Shown: positions 47,882 through 57,624 of the stretch, in pieces
How positions within the stretch are numbered: position 1 is the first letter of the stretch
Layout of the letters: each line of letters begins with the position of its first letter
Sequence record: AJ697969.1
Origin: Pseudomonas phage EL
Length of the DNA: 64,000 bases
Strand: one strand, 5' to 3'
Notes under the pieces: model-generated
Database searches by the model: none
Told to the model about the DNA's origin: nothing
The model's input: the letters and a program-made list of their open reading frames with translations, nothing else
Position numbers and translations under genes: made by a program

Positions 47882-50170
47882 TTGATTATGCGAGCAACAG
47901 CAACTATCAGCAAAGCGAATCATTACTTCAGAATCAACGGGTTCTATGAGGAATTCGCGGTTCGGGTAATCCTACCGTTTTGTAAACTGAATCTCTGCAA
48001 GATGGCTAAGAAGCCAATACCGGGTACCCGGAAGCAGGCGTGGTTTGTTCAACACGTCTTTGCTCGGTCGAATTATGACAAGAGTGAATACCGGCTACCC
48101 ATTGAAACCCTTAAAGAGTTTGTGGAATTTGCGGGCTACCGGGGGTATAAAGAATCCCGCTTGAAGATTCAGGATGAACCGGAGATCGAAGGCAAGGATG
48201 TTGTATTCGAATTCAATCCAGGGTTTGATCAGTTCAGGGAAGGTCAAGGTGAATGGATTGAGTACATGCTGAGCGATGGGCACCTGAAGGTCAATAACGC
48301 CTCCACAGGCTTTGGGAAGATGCAACCGCTGTACGCGAAGATCAAAGTCCCGGGTGGTTGGAAGACAATGAGGGAGATGACCGTCGGTACCGAGGTCATT
48401 GCAGCGGATGGTACGGTCACTCAGGTGACTGGTGTTTACCCACACGGTAAACAACCCATTTACCGTTTGCACTTCGAAGACGGGCGTTATACCGATGCAG
48501 GACTGGATCACCTGTGGAAAGTGTTCACAGAGGAGACTCAGGCATGGACAGTCGTTAATACCCGTTCCGTACAGACCCTGTTGGCGAAAGAGCCGGATGG
48601 GGTATTTATCCCTCTGTGTGAGCCTGAAGACGGTCCGGAGAAGCCCTTTGTAACGGACCAATTGGAAGGTTCCCGCCAACAACGGTTGGAACACCTACGA
48701 CGACTCATGGATGAGAAAGGGTATGTGCGTGATGACGGTAGTCTGTCCTTTTCCAGTGAGGATGAGGTGGAAAGCACTACGGTTCAATACCTGGTTAGGA
48801 GTCTAGGGGGTATTGCCCGAAAGGTACCGTCTACAGGACTGTACCGCCGCAGGCAATACCGGGTGTACATCAAGCACCCTCGTCCTGAGGAACTCTTTAC
48901 CCTGACGAATAAGGGTGGCTACCTGACATCAAAGTCGGGTAACCAGTCCCTTAAGCTCCGGGTGAACCGCATTGAATTCATTGGGGAACATGAAGCCCAG
49001 TGCATCTCTGTAGCACACCCGGATCGTCTGTACATCACGGATGACTTCATCGTCACCCACAACACCTATATGGCCATCCACAGCATGGTGAAGATTGGTA
49101 AACGGACCTTAATCACCATGCAACCCCGTTACCAGATCAATTGGGTACGGGAACTCAACAAGATCGTTAAACTCATTCCAGGGGATCTCTTAATCTGGGA
49201 GAATACCCTGGAATCGTTGTATGAGTGTTTAGAAGACGGGAAGTTTGATCCTAAGATCATTATTATTCCGATGTCTCGTATTGAGGTCTTCCTCCGTAAA
49301 GGGAAAGAGACCCGAGACGGGTTACACATGGATGATTTGATCAAACGGATCAATCCGGGATTAAGGATCATTGATGAAGGGCATGAAGCGATTCATCAGA
49401 TCTTCTTGTCCTTAATGTTTGGGAATATCAAGAAACTCTTCCTGCTCTCAGCCACCTTGAAAGCAGACGATCCCTTTACGAACAAGATGTACCAGTACTT
49501 GTTCCCTAAACGGTTACGGTTAAAGGAGGCGGAACCCGAGCATTACATCGATGTAGTGGCGTACCTGTATCGCCTCAACACCCGTCGTTATCATCTCAAG
49601 ACGGAGCAGTTTGGAGCGTATAACGATAAGACGTTTGAAAAGAGCATCTTAAAGTCGGGTGTACTCCTGGCATTCTACTTTAAATTGGTCAATAAGGCCT
49701 TTAAGGAGTATTACCTCAATGTGAGGCGTGAAGGAACGAAGTGTTTGTTCTTCTTCTCCAGGGTCAGTATGTGCGATGCCATGTTGGAACTGTTCAGGAA
49801 AGAATATCCCGGCTGGGATTTCGAAACCTTTACTGGGGACGATTCCAAGCTGAAAGATAAGAAGGACAAGTACTTAAAGCACGAGATCATCATTACAACT
49901 CCGAACAGTTGTGGAACAGGTAAGGATATCGGGGGGTTGGTGACGGTGATCTGCGCCCACACGGTTGCGTCGACTCAGGCTAATAAGCAGATCATTGGAC
50001 GACTCAGGGCGTTGTCGGGTAAGTTCAATAATGAGATCGACCCTGCCTTTGTGTTCCTGGTGTGTTTGGACTTAGCGAAGCACGTGGAATATTTAGCCAA
50101 ACGGGAACAGGTGTTCTTTGAGAAACAGAAGACCTTCAAGCGTATCAATTCGGAATGCTCCCTGGACTGA
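47882..50170 (+). CDS. SF2 DEAH-box helicase interrupted by a mini-intein in the Walker A P-loop
   Basis: extein junction [17 protein letters not shown] reconstitutes GxGKT; downstream IIDEGHEA (DEAH box); AAGAGG RBS. Confidence 0.7.
   Translation: [762 protein letters not shown]
48320..49063 (+). mobile_element. mini-intein (248 aa) with degenerate homing endonuclease, inserted after GK of the helicase P-loop
   Basis: starts [17 protein letters not shown] (Met1), Hint block [30 protein letters not shown], only the second LAGLIDADG half remains ([16 protein letters not shown]...[10 protein letters not shown]), ends [12 protein letters not shown] with +1 Thr. Confidence 0.65.
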
Positions 50171-50210
50171 GGTCCCAGGGGGTTTCCCTTTATGTCGGGG
50201 TACCGCTACT

Positions 50211-50636
50211 ATGCCGCTATTCAAACGTCAGCCCATGCTGATCATTTCATGCCCTAACATCGGACAGATCAGCTGGGTAGCCACCCAGTTGGTCGAGGAC
50301 TCCCTTTACCACATCTTTGCGGATGGTTCACTCGTTGAAGATGATATTCTGGAAGAATGGTTAGAAACCGAAACCGAAAACATCCTTTTTGATGAAGAGG
50401 GACAGGTTAAAATGTCCCCCCTACTGCACGAGCAGGAATATTGGAACCTGGTTAAGGATCCTCACGCCATGACCGAGTTTTACATGGACGAAGCCCTCGG
50501 TATTCTGGATCACCTTTTCCAGTTAAATAAGGACAAGCTCGCAGAGGTGTCAAATACGCTCTCTGTTGAACGTTACTGGGTAATCCGACATCTCCCTAAC
50601 CATTGGCTCATAAAACTCTATGGTGACCCTAAATGA
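50211..50636 (+). CDS. hypothetical acidic protein (start uncertain)
   Basis: ORF; no clear RBS for any of the candidate starts. Confidence 0.4.
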   Translation: MPLFKRQPMLIISCPNIGQISWVATQLVEDSLYHIFADGSLVEDDILEEWLETETENILFDEEGQVKMSPLLHEQEYWNLVKDPHAMTEFYMDEALGILDHLFQLNKDKLAEVSNTLSVERYWVIRHLPNHWLIKLYGDPK

Positions 50637-51013
50637 CCTATTCCTGCAACCCTCACAGCCGTACTGTTAAGTCCCAGAACATCAGAACCCCCGGAATGGA
50701 GTTTTTGCGTCAGAAATTCATCCTGAAGATTCTGGTAACCGAACGGGTTCGATGCTTCATGGATGAAGTGAACTTTGATATGTCGGGTGAATTTATCCGT
50801 AAGTTCATTACAGTGCCTCCGGAGTATACGGAACCTGAAACCATCGAACAGTACATCCAAACCGAAGTCCTGGACATCATGGAAGCGTTTAAGCAGTATG
50901 AGGAGAACGCAGTGTACCAGGAGGATTTAAAAGCCCTGTTGCCGTATAAAGGCCATCGGTGGCATCTGGTGTCTTCAACAGACTCCGGAGTCCTGATTAC
51001 AGTCGAGGCGTAG
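50633..51013 (+). CDS. hypothetical protein (126 aa)
   Basis: ATGA overlap with the previous gene. Confidence 0.45.
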   Translation: MTYSCNPHSRTVKSQNIRTPGMEFLRQKFILKILVTERVRCFMDEVNFDMSGEFIRKFITVPPEYTEPETIEQYIQTEVLDIMEAFKQYEENAVYQEDLKALLPYKGHRWHLVSSTDSGVLITVEA

Positions 51014-51018
51014 GGTGT

Positions 51019-51498
51019 ATGAAGTCTGTTATCATTAACCTCGATCCTGATACCCGAGCGGAGCTGTATGCGGATGTTTCCAATACACTCATGGATTTCA
51101 TCCTGATAGAAGCCTTAACGATCGCTTTAAAGGACTATTCGTCATCCGTAGAAACGCTCCAAGACGCAATAGCGGATCCTGAATACTACAAAAATGATCC
51201 GGATACGAACATTGAACAGTCAATTGAATTACTGCTCGATGTACTGAAAGAGCTAGACCGACAGGACGGAGAAGATGTTGAGTCTCCCTTCTACGACGTG
51301 TCCAGTTATTCGGATTGGCTCAGGGATAAACTGTGTTTAGCCATTAGCTCCATAACAGATGCTAATAGCCCCTTGGATTTCATGATGTTGAATGATGTCC
51401 TCACTCTTCCTGAACTCAGTAAACAGTTCAACTTCCAAGGGAAACACCTGAATAACCGTGTTGTCATGTTGCTAACCGGAGTCGATGACCATCTCTAG
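51019..51498 (+). CDS. hypothetical acidic protein (160 aa)
   Basis: start at MKSVIINLD 5 nt after the previous stop, with GAGG upstream. Confidence 0.45.
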   Translation: MKSVIINLDPDTRAELYADVSNTLMDFILIEALTIALKDYSSSVETLQDAIADPEYYKNDPDTNIEQSIELLLDVLKELDRQDGEDVESPFYDVSSYSDWLRDKLCLAISSITDANSPLDFMMLNDVLTLPELSKQFNFQGKHLNNRVVMLLTGVDDHL

Positions 51499-51510
51499 AC
51501 AGTACACATA

Positions 51511-51564
51511 TACTACCTCCCTTCCGCAAGGAAGGGAGGTAGTAGTCGTTTATTTATTTATTTC
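51511..51564 (+). terminator. rho-independent terminator (TACTACCTCCCTTCC/GGAAGGGAGGTAGTA plus T-rich run) between convergent genes
   Basis: 15-bp stem, GCAA loop, then GTCGTTTATTTATTTATTTC. Confidence 0.55.
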
Positions 51565-52859
51565 AATGCCATCTCCAAGTCTAAGAGGTTCGTACGGCTG
51601 CCCGCTGTGTGGTGTGCCTTCATGCGCTGCAATAAAAATGCAGTAGGAATCAAGACCACCTCAGAGCTGAGACGATGCCCTAAAGCCCCTAGACCTTCCC
51701 CACAACAGGTCTTACAATAGTAACCGTCCTTTAGGGTACAGAACTGAGGGACTCTGGCTTGTACGGGTTTATTAACGTAACGATCCAGGTTTTCAGCGGT
51801 GAGCTGTATCAGGACTTTCCCATCCTGGATCCACGTTCCTACCCAGTATCCTTTATTGGTTGGTAGGATCGTAACGGTTTCGGTCACCGGGGTACCGCAA
51901 TCCACGACATCCTCGCTAACGGCCGTACGGCCTATTAGACGCAACGTTTCCTTAACCCTAGCCCCACCTTCACCGGTGGACATAGAACGGCTGTAAGAGC
52001 CCTCTACGGCCGTGTTAATGTAGTCTGCCAAGAAGTTCGGATCCCAACCCTCCGCCAGGGAGTTAGGGAGCAGTACCCAACCGTCTCCTGAGGCATTGGG
52101 TTCAATACCGAAGGAAATGAACATCCGTTTACGCGAGTTGTCAATAAACTTCTTTGCAATAAAGAACTTACGGCTAGGACCAGACATTACGATCTTCATG
52201 TCCAGCGCCACACACTGATCAATAATCGAGGTAGCAACAACCGGATCATTGAGTTCGTCTTTATGCTCTTTAAAGAGACGATCCCTGAGTTTAATGACTT
52301 CAGGACTCACCGTTAGGGCATCTACTCCACCCGGTTTAATGAAGTGAGACCCTAACCCTTCCAGGAACTGGCAGTTATGGGAGAACTTCAAACACTGGTC
52401 TACACTGGCCTTCCCTTCAGGTACCGCTTCCCCCGGTGGGGGATTATCCACCATGAGAGTTTCCAAGATCTTCAAGATAACCGGTTTGGTGAACTCCTGG
52501 TTAAGGTAGGGTTGGGTCTTCCCGAAGCATTCCCAGAAGAGGATAACGTTGAAGAGTAAGAGTCCAAAGGTAGTCGTGACCGCTTTACCTTGCAACACGG
52601 GATGGAAGTCTCCCGGGAGTTCCAGGATTTCATCCATGTAGAACAGGGGTTCATTCACCTCCCCATTTACGGTATGGGTAGAACCCTCTACCACGACATT
52701 GAACCGATTATCCTCCACAAAGACAGCATAGGGGTATTTCTTGAACTGTCCAGAGGAATCTTCGTCTTCAAACTGGATAGTAATAATCGATTGAATAGCC
52801 GCCTTTTCGTTATAGGCTCGGTTATTCAGAAAGAGTTTAAGGTAGTCGAGTTTAGTCAT
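51558..52859 (-). CDS. second RNA polymerase beta'-like subunit, C-terminal fragment (bridge helix to trigger-loop start), intein-free
   Basis: [29 protein letters not shown] ~ [54 protein letters not shown] ~ [27 protein letters not shown] ~ [12 protein letters not shown]. Confidence 0.6.
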   Translation of the reverse strand: [433 protein letters not shown]

Positions 52860-53785
52860 GGGAGTTCCACTCGCTGAATAAGGTCTTCAATACGGGTCAA
52901 CGTCAGAGGGTCTTCAATGACCGAATAGAGGTATTGGGTCATCTTATCCTTAAGCCATTCGTTATTGATTTCAGACACCAGGAAGAACCCAATAACCTCC
53001 TTGGCATACTGAAGGGTACTGTCTTCCGTTTGTTGAGCCAGGAGAACTTCCAAGTTACGACTGTAGAAACTCAGGAAGCTCTTTACACTCCCTCCCAGTT
53101 GTCCGTTCTTCTTAACGTGTTCAAAGGCCAGAGTTCCTTCAATAAGGGTTGCATTCGCCCGAATACGCTGTTCAATAGGGGTGGGAACGTTCTCAATCTC
53201 CTCGGGGTTAAAGAGAGCGTCCTTAATGGCTTTAAGGGTGACTTCTGAAACATCCTCAATAAAGGTTTCGTACTCTGACAGATCGAGGTCTTCACCCAGG
53301 TAGAGTTGCATCACCAGGAACAGTCGGTTCACAGGGGGGATGTCATACGCCTCCAAGACGTGTTTAAGACCAATCAGGTCTTCGTACTCCTGCAACTCCA
53401 TAAAGAACGACAACAACCGAGTTAAAGCAGGGAGGTTGTCTTCACCCAGGAAATCGTGATTGAAAACGAACCCTAGCTGTTCCAGCACATCGATTATATT
53501 GGTCGTTAGGATCAAATACACCTGATGCTTCTTAGCCGGGATTTCCAAAGCTTCATTAATCAACAGATCAGTCAGTTGACTGGGCATCAAGGACTCAGGT
53601 TGACTGAGCATAATTAAATTAAACGATTCATCCAATTCTTTAGCCTGATTGGCGGGTATGGCGTTCCGGAGTTCTGACCAGAGACCCCCTACCAGGGTGT
53701 CAGCCAGGTACGCTCCCTCTTCCAGGGTAACAGATTCTTCATGCTCAATAATCATTGGGTTAACTCTCGTAAAGTGCGTTTCCAA
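52856..53785 (-). CDS. hypothetical acidic protein (309 aa)
   Basis: ORF with ATGA-type overlap with the downstream beta'-like gene. Confidence 0.5.
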   Translation of the reverse strand: METHFTRVNPMIIEHEESVTLEEGAYLADTLVGGLWSELRNAIPANQAKELDESFNLIMLSQPESLMPSQLTDLLINEALEIPAKKHQVYLILTTNIIDVLEQLGFVFNHDFLGEDNLPALTRLLSFFMELQEYEDLIGLKHVLEAYDIPPVNRLFLVMQLYLGEDLDLSEYETFIEDVSEVTLKAIKDALFNPEEIENVPTPIEQRIRANATLIEGTLAFEHVKKNGQLGGSVKSFLSFYSRNLEVLLAQQTEDSTLQYAKEVIGFFLVSEINNEWLKDKMTQYLYSVIEDPLTLTRIEDLIQRVELP

Positions 53786-53800
53786 AGGGAATCATAGCAT

Positions 53801-54670
53801 ATGTCGACTAAACAGCAACAGCGTCGGGTTAAGAAACTCAATAAACGCAAGCAAGTGAGTAAGCAAAAACAACGGGCTAAGAACATCCAGGACGCTTACC
53901 TCCGACAGGACTTTGGTAAAGGCTACCAGGGGGAGGCCCTGAGTAAGGATGCCTTGTACGATAAGGTCAGGGGTGAAAACAAAGCCTTCTCGGTACGCGA
54001 CCTTATTAATAACCGTCAACGTCTGGCTGAGCTGGCTGAACAGATGAAGCTGACGGGTGATGAGGACATCCCTCAGCTCTTCAGTGGGGAAGAACTCCTC
54101 AACGCTATCAACGACATGATTACCGTCACCATTAAGCTCCACAGTGGGGTGATCGTGTACAACCGTCTGGTTGAAGAACGCCGCTTTGATATCAGTGAGG
54201 ATGACCGTGCCTTACTGGAGAACTACGAACGCAAAGTGGTGGAGTTTGCGGAAGATGTCTCAGTCGTCACGACCCTGCATGAAGCAGGTCAACAACCCGA
54301 GGATTACTTTGAAGTCGTCCTTAACCTGGCCGATGTCATGGCAGCCCTCAGTGAGGAGTTTGGGGAACCGGTTCTGGATCTCATTACCCAACAGGGTGAT
54401 CTGATCGAAGCCTATGCCGTTGAACACAAACCTGAAGGACTGTCTGTCTACGATTACATGTGTCAACTTCATAGTGAACGTATTACGGTTATCCAACAGT
54501 TGTACGGTGAGAGCCGGCTGAATGACGTCTTTAACGAATTGCACACCCTGGAGCAGGAACTCCCAGATTCCCCTGAAGAGATCCCAGGTGATAACCTCCC
54601 CTTCCCTGAGAAGGAAGAGGTTGGCGAATTCATCGCTATTTCCAACGATCCTGTCATTAACCCCCAGTAA
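53801..54670 (+). CDS. hypothetical protein with strongly basic Lys/Arg/Gln-rich N-terminus (possible nucleic-acid binding)
   Basis: MSTKQQQRRVKKLNKRKQVSKQKQRAKN... Confidence 0.5.
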   Translation: MSTKQQQRRVKKLNKRKQVSKQKQRAKNIQDAYLRQDFGKGYQGEALSKDALYDKVRGENKAFSVRDLINNRQRLAELAEQMKLTGDEDIPQLFSGEELLNAINDMITVTIKLHSGVIVYNRLVEERRFDISEDDRALLENYERKVVEFAEDVSVVTTLHEAGQQPEDYFEVVLNLADVMAALSEEFGEPVLDLITQQGDLIEAYAVEHKPEGLSVYDYMCQLHSERITVIQQLYGESRLNDVFNELHTLEQELPDSPEEIPGDNLPFPEKEEVGEFIAISNDPVINPQ

Positions 54671-54682
54671 GGGACTGTTTGT

Positions 54683-56407
54683 ATGTCTGAGAATGTAACC
54701 CCGAACGAAAACCCTGAACTGACTCCCCCTTCGGAGTTGAGCAAAGCTGTTGAACAAACGATTCCCAAAACGGAGCCTTCCAGCCACTTTGGCTTCATGG
54801 ATACCCACACGCCTCAGAATACACCCATGAAGGAGGTGGTGGAACCGCTCAACCCCATTACCAAAGAACTGGTTGAAGACGATCGAGCTAAGGGGTTCAC
54901 CAGTATCTTCCTGGGGGTTGGTAAAGAAGAGAATGAGAAAGCGGCTGAACTGATTACCAACTGGAGTGCGTGGAACACGTTCAAAGAATTGAATAAGGTA
55001 GGGGAGGTTTCCCCAACAGTCTTTGCATCAGCTAAGCAAGACTGGGATGCCTTTGTTCAAGAGAACTACCCGGATGTGAATCCCAATGAGTTGGAGAAGA
55101 CCGCTAGTGATCTGTTCAAGTTCATGAACAGTCTTCAGGAGAACCTCCAACTTCGTACCCGCATGGTGCGGGAAGAGAATATTACCAACGCCTCGCGCCG
55201 GTGTGATAAACTCACCACGACCGATATCGTTGGTAAAACCCCGTCGGTGAATAAGAAAGGGTTGAGTATTGCAGATCGCATGATTCGCTCGACCATTCGT
55301 TCGTCGGGGGGTGTATACCAGTATAACCAACTGCTGCGTAATTCGTTCCTGAGTATTACGTGGGAACGTCCTCAGAAGCTGGAAGTCGCCGATCTCATCA
55401 ACAACATTAACCGCCGTATTCGGGGGTATGTACGACGGGTCGGTGGGAACGCCATGGCGTTGTCTTACATCGCGGGATATATTGAGATCTGGGATTGGTT
55501 GAAGCCCCGCTTGGTCAGCAGCAGTGTCAAAGGCCTGGCGGATTTCGATGACCTCAGCAAGGTGATCCGTATTACGGACATGCCGGTGATCTGTGCAGGT
55601 CTCTTGGCGTCGATCACGGATGACGGCGTCCAAATGGACCTCCGCTGCATGAACCCCAGCTGTGACTGGTATCAGTTCGATCTCATTGATCCGACTAAGT
55701 TGGTGCAGCGTCGTCCGTCGATTGAAACCGATGAAGAAGCCGCCTTCTTTGGTAATATCTTCAGTGGGCGTGAACAACACACCGTCGATGAAATCCTCAA
55801 GATGATCGAACAGTCCACCTACGGGATGGACAATCGGTACGTGTACAACGAGGATCAATCCATTCGTCTGAAAGTAGGACCTCCCAGTCTGTCGGATGCC
55901 TTCGCTACCTTCGACTATTTCGTAGGGCGTGTAGATAAGCAGTTGGCGGATATTAGCAACAAAGTCAACACGGAACAAGACCTGGAAGAGCAACGTCTCC
56001 TTCTGCTTAACAGCTTGAGTGGGGCGGAGTACATGCACTGGGTGGAAGAGTTCGCTATTATGCCACCTCCGGGTGAGGACAGTGAACCCCAGGTCATTAA
56101 GCGGGCCAAGGAAGACCCTAACGAGTTCAATAAAGGTCTTATGGACTCCCTGCTGACCGATGAGGTGATGAATAAGAACTTGGTGTTGTTCGTCTACAAT
56201 AAAGCGCCTTATCTGACCCGGACCTTTATTGGTGTCCGTAACTTCGTGTGTCCGAAGTGCGGTACGGAGTCGGATGCTCACCAAGAGGATCGTAAACTCG
56301 GGTATACCCCGATCGATGCCTTTATGAGTTTTTTTATCCATTCCCAGCTGATGTTGATGAATCTGGCGATGGAGCGTCAAAAGGTAAACAACGAAGCCCT
56401 CTCCTGA
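54683..56407 (+). CDS. hypothetical protein (574 aa)
   Basis: long ORF; the 450-aa antisense ORF looks like noise. Confidence 0.55.
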   Translation: MSENVTPNENPELTPPSELSKAVEQTIPKTEPSSHFGFMDTHTPQNTPMKEVVEPLNPITKELVEDDRAKGFTSIFLGVGKEENEKAAELITNWSAWNTFKELNKVGEVSPTVFASAKQDWDAFVQENYPDVNPNELEKTASDLFKFMNSLQENLQLRTRMVREENITNASRRCDKLTTTDIVGKTPSVNKKGLSIADRMIRSTIRSSGGVYQYNQLLRNSFLSITWERPQKLEVADLINNINRRIRGYVRRVGGNAMALSYIAGYIEIWDWLKPRLVSSSVKGLADFDDLSKVIRITDMPVICAGLLASITDDGVQMDLRCMNPSCDWYQFDLIDPTKLVQRRPSIETDEEAAFFGNIFSGREQHTVDEILKMIEQSTYGMDNRYVYNEDQSIRLKVGPPSLSDAFATFDYFVGRVDKQLADISNKVNTEQDLEEQRLLLLNSLSGAEYMHWVEEFAIMPPPGEDSEPQVIKRAKEDPNEFNKGLMDSLLTDEVMNKNLVLFVYNKAPYLTRTFIGVRNFVCPKCGTESDAHQEDRKLGYTPIDAFMSFFIHSQLMLMNLAMERQKVNNEALS

Positions 56408-56502
56408 TTGGCGGTAAAGCGATTCACAATCCGGAGTTCTCGGCGGTTTACTTAAACCTCCAGAAGCAAGATCTCAGTGGTCTCAAGGAAGAGACTATCC
56501 TG

Positions 56503-56877
56503 TTGAACAACCAAGCGTTGCATGACATCAACATGGGATATGTCTCACCCCGTAATCTCCCCCCTCACCAATCGATTAAGTTCTTTCCGTCTGAAGTCAG
56601 GTATTACCACCCCTTCTCGTATGAGAGTATAGGGGAGTATTACGGGACTTTTCGGCTGGATGAATACCTGCCCTTAAGGGATTACTTGGAATTGCCCGCT
56701 AACTGTGCAGACACGTTGGTTAAGGCCGTTCAAAAGGGACGGGAAAAACGGTTGGTAATGGAGAAAGAGCATCTGAAGGAAGAGGAAGAGAAACAGGCGA
56801 AGAATGGGGGTAAACGAACCGCCTCGGAGTCGGTTTCTATGGATGCATTACTGGATCAATTGTCTAAACTTCGTTAA
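56503..56877 (+). CDS. hypothetical protein (124 aa)
   Basis: ORF. Confidence 0.45.
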   Translation: MNNQALHDINMGYVSPRNLPPHQSIKFFPSEVRYYHPFSYESIGEYYGTFRLDEYLPLRDYLELPANCADTLVKAVQKGREKRLVMEKEHLKEEEEKQAKNGGKRTASESVSMDALLDQLSKLR

Positions 56878-56884
56878 GAGAATG

Positions 56885-56925
56885 GGTAACCTGGGGGCCT
56901 AGAGCCCCCAGGTTATCTTATGACA
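56885..56925 (+). terminator. hairpin GGTAACCTGGGGGC/GCCCCCAGGTTATC with weak T-tract
   Basis: inverted repeat right after stop of 56503..56877. Confidence 0.35.
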
Positions 56926-56979
56926 TACATGGTGACACCTCGTCTCTATACCGCTGTCTAACTGAAAAGGGCCCTCCTA

Positions 56980-57588
56980 ATGTCCAACGATTACAAAGCA
57001 CCTGAGGTTACTGACCTCGGTAAGAAAGAAGAAAGTCCGAAGACCCAACCTACGCCTTCCATCCCCAATACGGTGGCTAAGGCTCAGGGTGCTAAATTCG
57101 AACCCGTACCTCTCCGTATTGGCATTGGCCAAATGGTCAATGGCAAAGGTAATGCGGTCACGGATATCATGAAAGAACGGATTGACCGTCACCTGACCTA
57201 CCTGGCCGGTAAGAAAGGCTTCACCAGTGATAGTGAACGGGAGGATGAACAAACCTCCTTTATCGAGATCATTGGTTCTACACTGACCCTTCCGTTTCCC
57301 CAGTACGTCATCGTTACTGACTACCTGTTGGCGGTTATCCGGGAGAACCGGGAAATCTTTGCCAACGGTACGGCATTCCGCTTTACCTACAAGCTCCGTA
57401 AGGAGTACCCGATAGAGAACGTTAAACTCTATCACACCTACATGACCTTCCTGACGTTCATCGCGGGTAACTGGGAAGCTCGTCATCGCCTTAACCGCAT
57501 CATTGATCTGGGAACGGCTATCCGCGATCTTCCTCGTAAGGGCAAAGAGAACGCCACCCAGTACTTCAATAAGCTGCAAAACGTTTGA
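56980..57588 (+). CDS. hypothetical protein (202 aa)
   Basis: ORF; the minus-strand ORF 56977..58578 is Leu/Phe-rich antisense noise. Confidence 0.5.
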   Translation: MSNDYKAPEVTDLGKKEESPKTQPTPSIPNTVAKAQGAKFEPVPLRIGIGQMVNGKGNAVTDIMKERIDRHLTYLAGKKGFTSDSEREDEQTSFIEIIGSTLTLPFPQYVIVTDYLLAVIRENREIFANGTAFRFTYKLRKEYPIENVKLYHTYMTFLTFIAGNWEARHRLNRIIDLGTAIRDLPRKGKENATQYFNKLQNV

Positions 57589-57624
57589 TTTCCCTTTAGA
57601 CTCTTTATCCAAGGAACGCTTCCA

